A stretch of DNA of 64,000 nt from Octopus sinensis. Its lineage: Eukaryota. The stretch spans positions 79,298,001 to 79,362,000 of the forward strand of contig NC_043003.1 in NCBI RefSeq assembly GCF_006345805.1, read 5' to 3'. The notes beneath the pieces are model-generated. The model worked only from the letters and a program-made list of their open reading frames with translations. It was not told the DNA's origin and did no database searches. How positions within the stretch are numbered: position 1 is the stretch's first letter; each line of letters opens with the position of its first letter. This document shows positions 61,537-64,000 of this stretch, piece after piece. Position numbers and translations under genes: made by a program.

Positions 61537-62999
61537 CTGCAAAGACAACAGTAAAAGACCAGTCTCAAGTTAGGAAGTATGAAAAATGACATAATTAAAA
61601 CAGCTTATTTTACTTCTGTTTAAAATAAATAAGAAAATACAACACTTATGAACAAAGAAACCAAAAAGAAGTAACATAGCACCTTTACATAGGAACTCCA
61701 TTTGCTAGAAATAATTAGCTAAATCTTTTTTGAATCCAGTGATTTTAAAAACTGTACAATAGTGCATTGAGGAGAGGAGGCTTTGTGAACTGACAAAGGG
61801 ATAATGAATATTAAGGAGGCACTGGTGTAGTGAAAGGGGTTGCAACGTTTTTTAGAAATGAACCATTTAAAACATGTACAATACTTATATTCTAAGCACA
61901 TTAAAAAAAACAAAAAAAAAAACTTTTTGCAGACTGAAATATAAGTAGGATGAGTCAAGGACCAGTGTAATTTTATTACATAAATTCTTGGCCTTCTGTA
62001 ATTTCCATAAAAATTTAAAATTTATATAGATGATACATAAATTGGTGTGGGTGTTGGTGGCACATAAAAAGCACTGGTGATGGTGCCACGTAAAAAGTAC
62101 TGGGAATGGTGCTAAATAAAAAGCACTGGTGTTGGTTCCACATGAAAAGCATCCAGTACATTCTATAAAGTGATTGGTGTTAGGAAAGGCATCCAGTTGT
62201 AGAAACCAAGCCGAAAAAGACTATAGAACCTGGTGCAGCCCCTGGCCAGTTCCTATCAAACTGTCCAACCCATGCCAGCATGGAAAACAGACATTAAATG
62301 TTAATAATGAGGAGGAAGAAGGCACTAATCCATGCAAATATCTAAAAGGAGCCATATAGTGGATGGGATAGTATGAAGAAATATGGCTAATAAGCTTCAA
62401 GACACTTACCTTAGCTGCCATGCAGTGGGACTGAACCCAGCACCATGTGGTTGGGAAGCAAGCTTCTTATCATACAGCCACACCTGCATTTATTTTCTAT
62501 TATTTCATATTTTAGTCACTGGACTTTTATATTTTAGTCAAGCTGGAGCACCAGCTCGAACAATTTCATTTATTTGACTCCACTACTTTGTACTATTGAA
62601 TTATGCCCAAAATCACAGACATAAACAAACCAGCATCGGTTACCAAGCAGTTAGAAACTAACACAATGATGGGCATTCACACAGTTTCCATCTATCAAAT
62701 TCATTCACAAAGTATCGGTTGACTTGGGCTACAGTAGAAGACACTTGACCATGATAGTGGCACAAACCTAGGACCATGTGGTAGCAAGGCTGACTTCTTA
62801 ACCACACAGCTGTACCTATTCCTAGAAAAAAAACCTGAACAAACAAACAAAAAAAAACAAAACATGGATAGTCATATGGTTGGAATGTCTTTCATCATGG
62901 GTCTGCTCAGTCAGGATTGACCTGGGGCTGAAAAAACAACAACAGAAATAACTCAATAGCATTCATAAAATATGTCCAAGAACAAAGGTTTATACTCAC

Positions 63000-63085
63000 G
63001 CAAAGTCAGGATTTGGCATCATTGTATTTCCAATGTAAAGTGAAAGTAAGAATGGAATTGTTACGATCAAACTCACCAAGGCACC
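63000..63085 (-). CDS. SLC5 sodium:solute symporter exon (GALVSLIVTIPFLLSLYIGNTMMPNPDF), penultimate TM helix
   Basis: Acceptor gttttgtttttag|GGT, donor GC|gtgagt; 86 nt, phase 0 to 2; resembles the GALxG...W/YIG helix of the SLC5A5/A6/A8/A12 group. Confidence 0.8.
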
Positions 63086-64000
63086 CTAAAAACAAAACAA
63101 ATATGAATGAGTCTCAGTGACAGCAAGATTAAGGCACTCAACATCTAACTATACAGAAAGACATTCAAATCACACTACAGCTATTGTAATTGGTGTAACA
63201 AGCAAGGTGTGTAACAAAGAATCTGCTGTATGGCCAGTAAATAGGTCACACTGAAACCATGCTCTACTTTCTTGAAGATGGAAAGGCATATAGAACAATA
63301 TAATCCCTGGATGAACAAGAAGAAAAAAAAACATGATGGTCATGGATGGAATACTTTAGATTATAAGTTTGCTGGACTAGAGCTAACATGGAGCTAAACA
63401 ACAATTCTGATTACTCCAGTTTATCTGACTGACAAGTAGGCCCCACTCTCATTTCACAATTGACTGGTTAGTAATAGAAAGGGGATTCAACATCGGACAA
63501 CAACATCTATGTCAGAAGCTTCAAAGAAGACCAATTACTGGCTGATTGCATTTATAAGGGTGACAAGATTGTTAAAGGAATGACAATGCAACTCAGGTAG
63601 AACTAATATCACCCGGATCTTTGAAAGCATTGATTTACTGTTATTAGCTTTTAATATACATGCCAAGCATGCATATTAATGCAAATGTGTAAGCATAATT
63701 TCTTCCACACCAAAATTATTACTACATGAAAAAGGCTGTAAAACAGTTATAATCCTAAGGATGTCAAGTGGTGAAATAAATACCTCCCAACAATTTTTAT
63801 TTATATAATCTTTATGAAATAAATTTCATTGATCAGATCTTCTGGATTTCAGCTGCATGGACACTCTATATTATACTTCTTTATATTGCATTACTGTGTG
63901 GACTGTTAGCTGAATCTGTGAGAAGAGCTTTCTGTGATAGCCACATGGTTCTCTGAATCCATATCTTATACAATAAATTTATATCTATATAGATTATTTA

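Overview
AT-rich, microsatellite- and transposon-dense eukaryotic DNA. The repeat families suggest an octopus or other coleoid cephalopod genome (inference, not verified). Two spliced minus-strand genes can be reconstructed with phase-consistent GT-AG junctions. (1) An uncharacterised secreted or precursor-like protein (exons 38483-38390, 21097-20883, 18903-17739, 16491-16440; 3' end unresolved) with a signal peptide, an RHRR furin site, a Q/N/K-rich body and a possible C-terminal KK...G-stop peptide. (2) The last four exons of an SLC5 sodium:solute symporter of the SLC5A8/SMCT type (63085-57695). The rest is mostly decayed repeats: RTE LINEs and their minisatellite-bearing 3' tails, a Tx1/L1 fragment, an internally deleted Penelope-like element, mariner/Tc1 relics, piggyBac and hAT MITEs, a Helentron-like element and several tRNA-derived SINE families. 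Most listed ORFs are repeat artefacts. The most striking unexplained signal is a set of sequence-unrelated minimal type-I hammerhead-ribozyme motifs. One is a 183-bp tandem dimer with retrozyme architecture (42.0-42.4 kb). Others are an inverted pair with compensatory core changes (50.35-50.62 kb), a motif with a ~100-nt loop II (40.8-40.9 kb), a tRNA-headed SINE carrying a hammerhead and inverted termini (35.8-36.1 kb) and a decayed copy (13.0 kb). Together they suggest a Penelope-dependent retrozyme/ribozyme-SINE ecosystem. All calls were made by eye; repeat boundaries are approximate.
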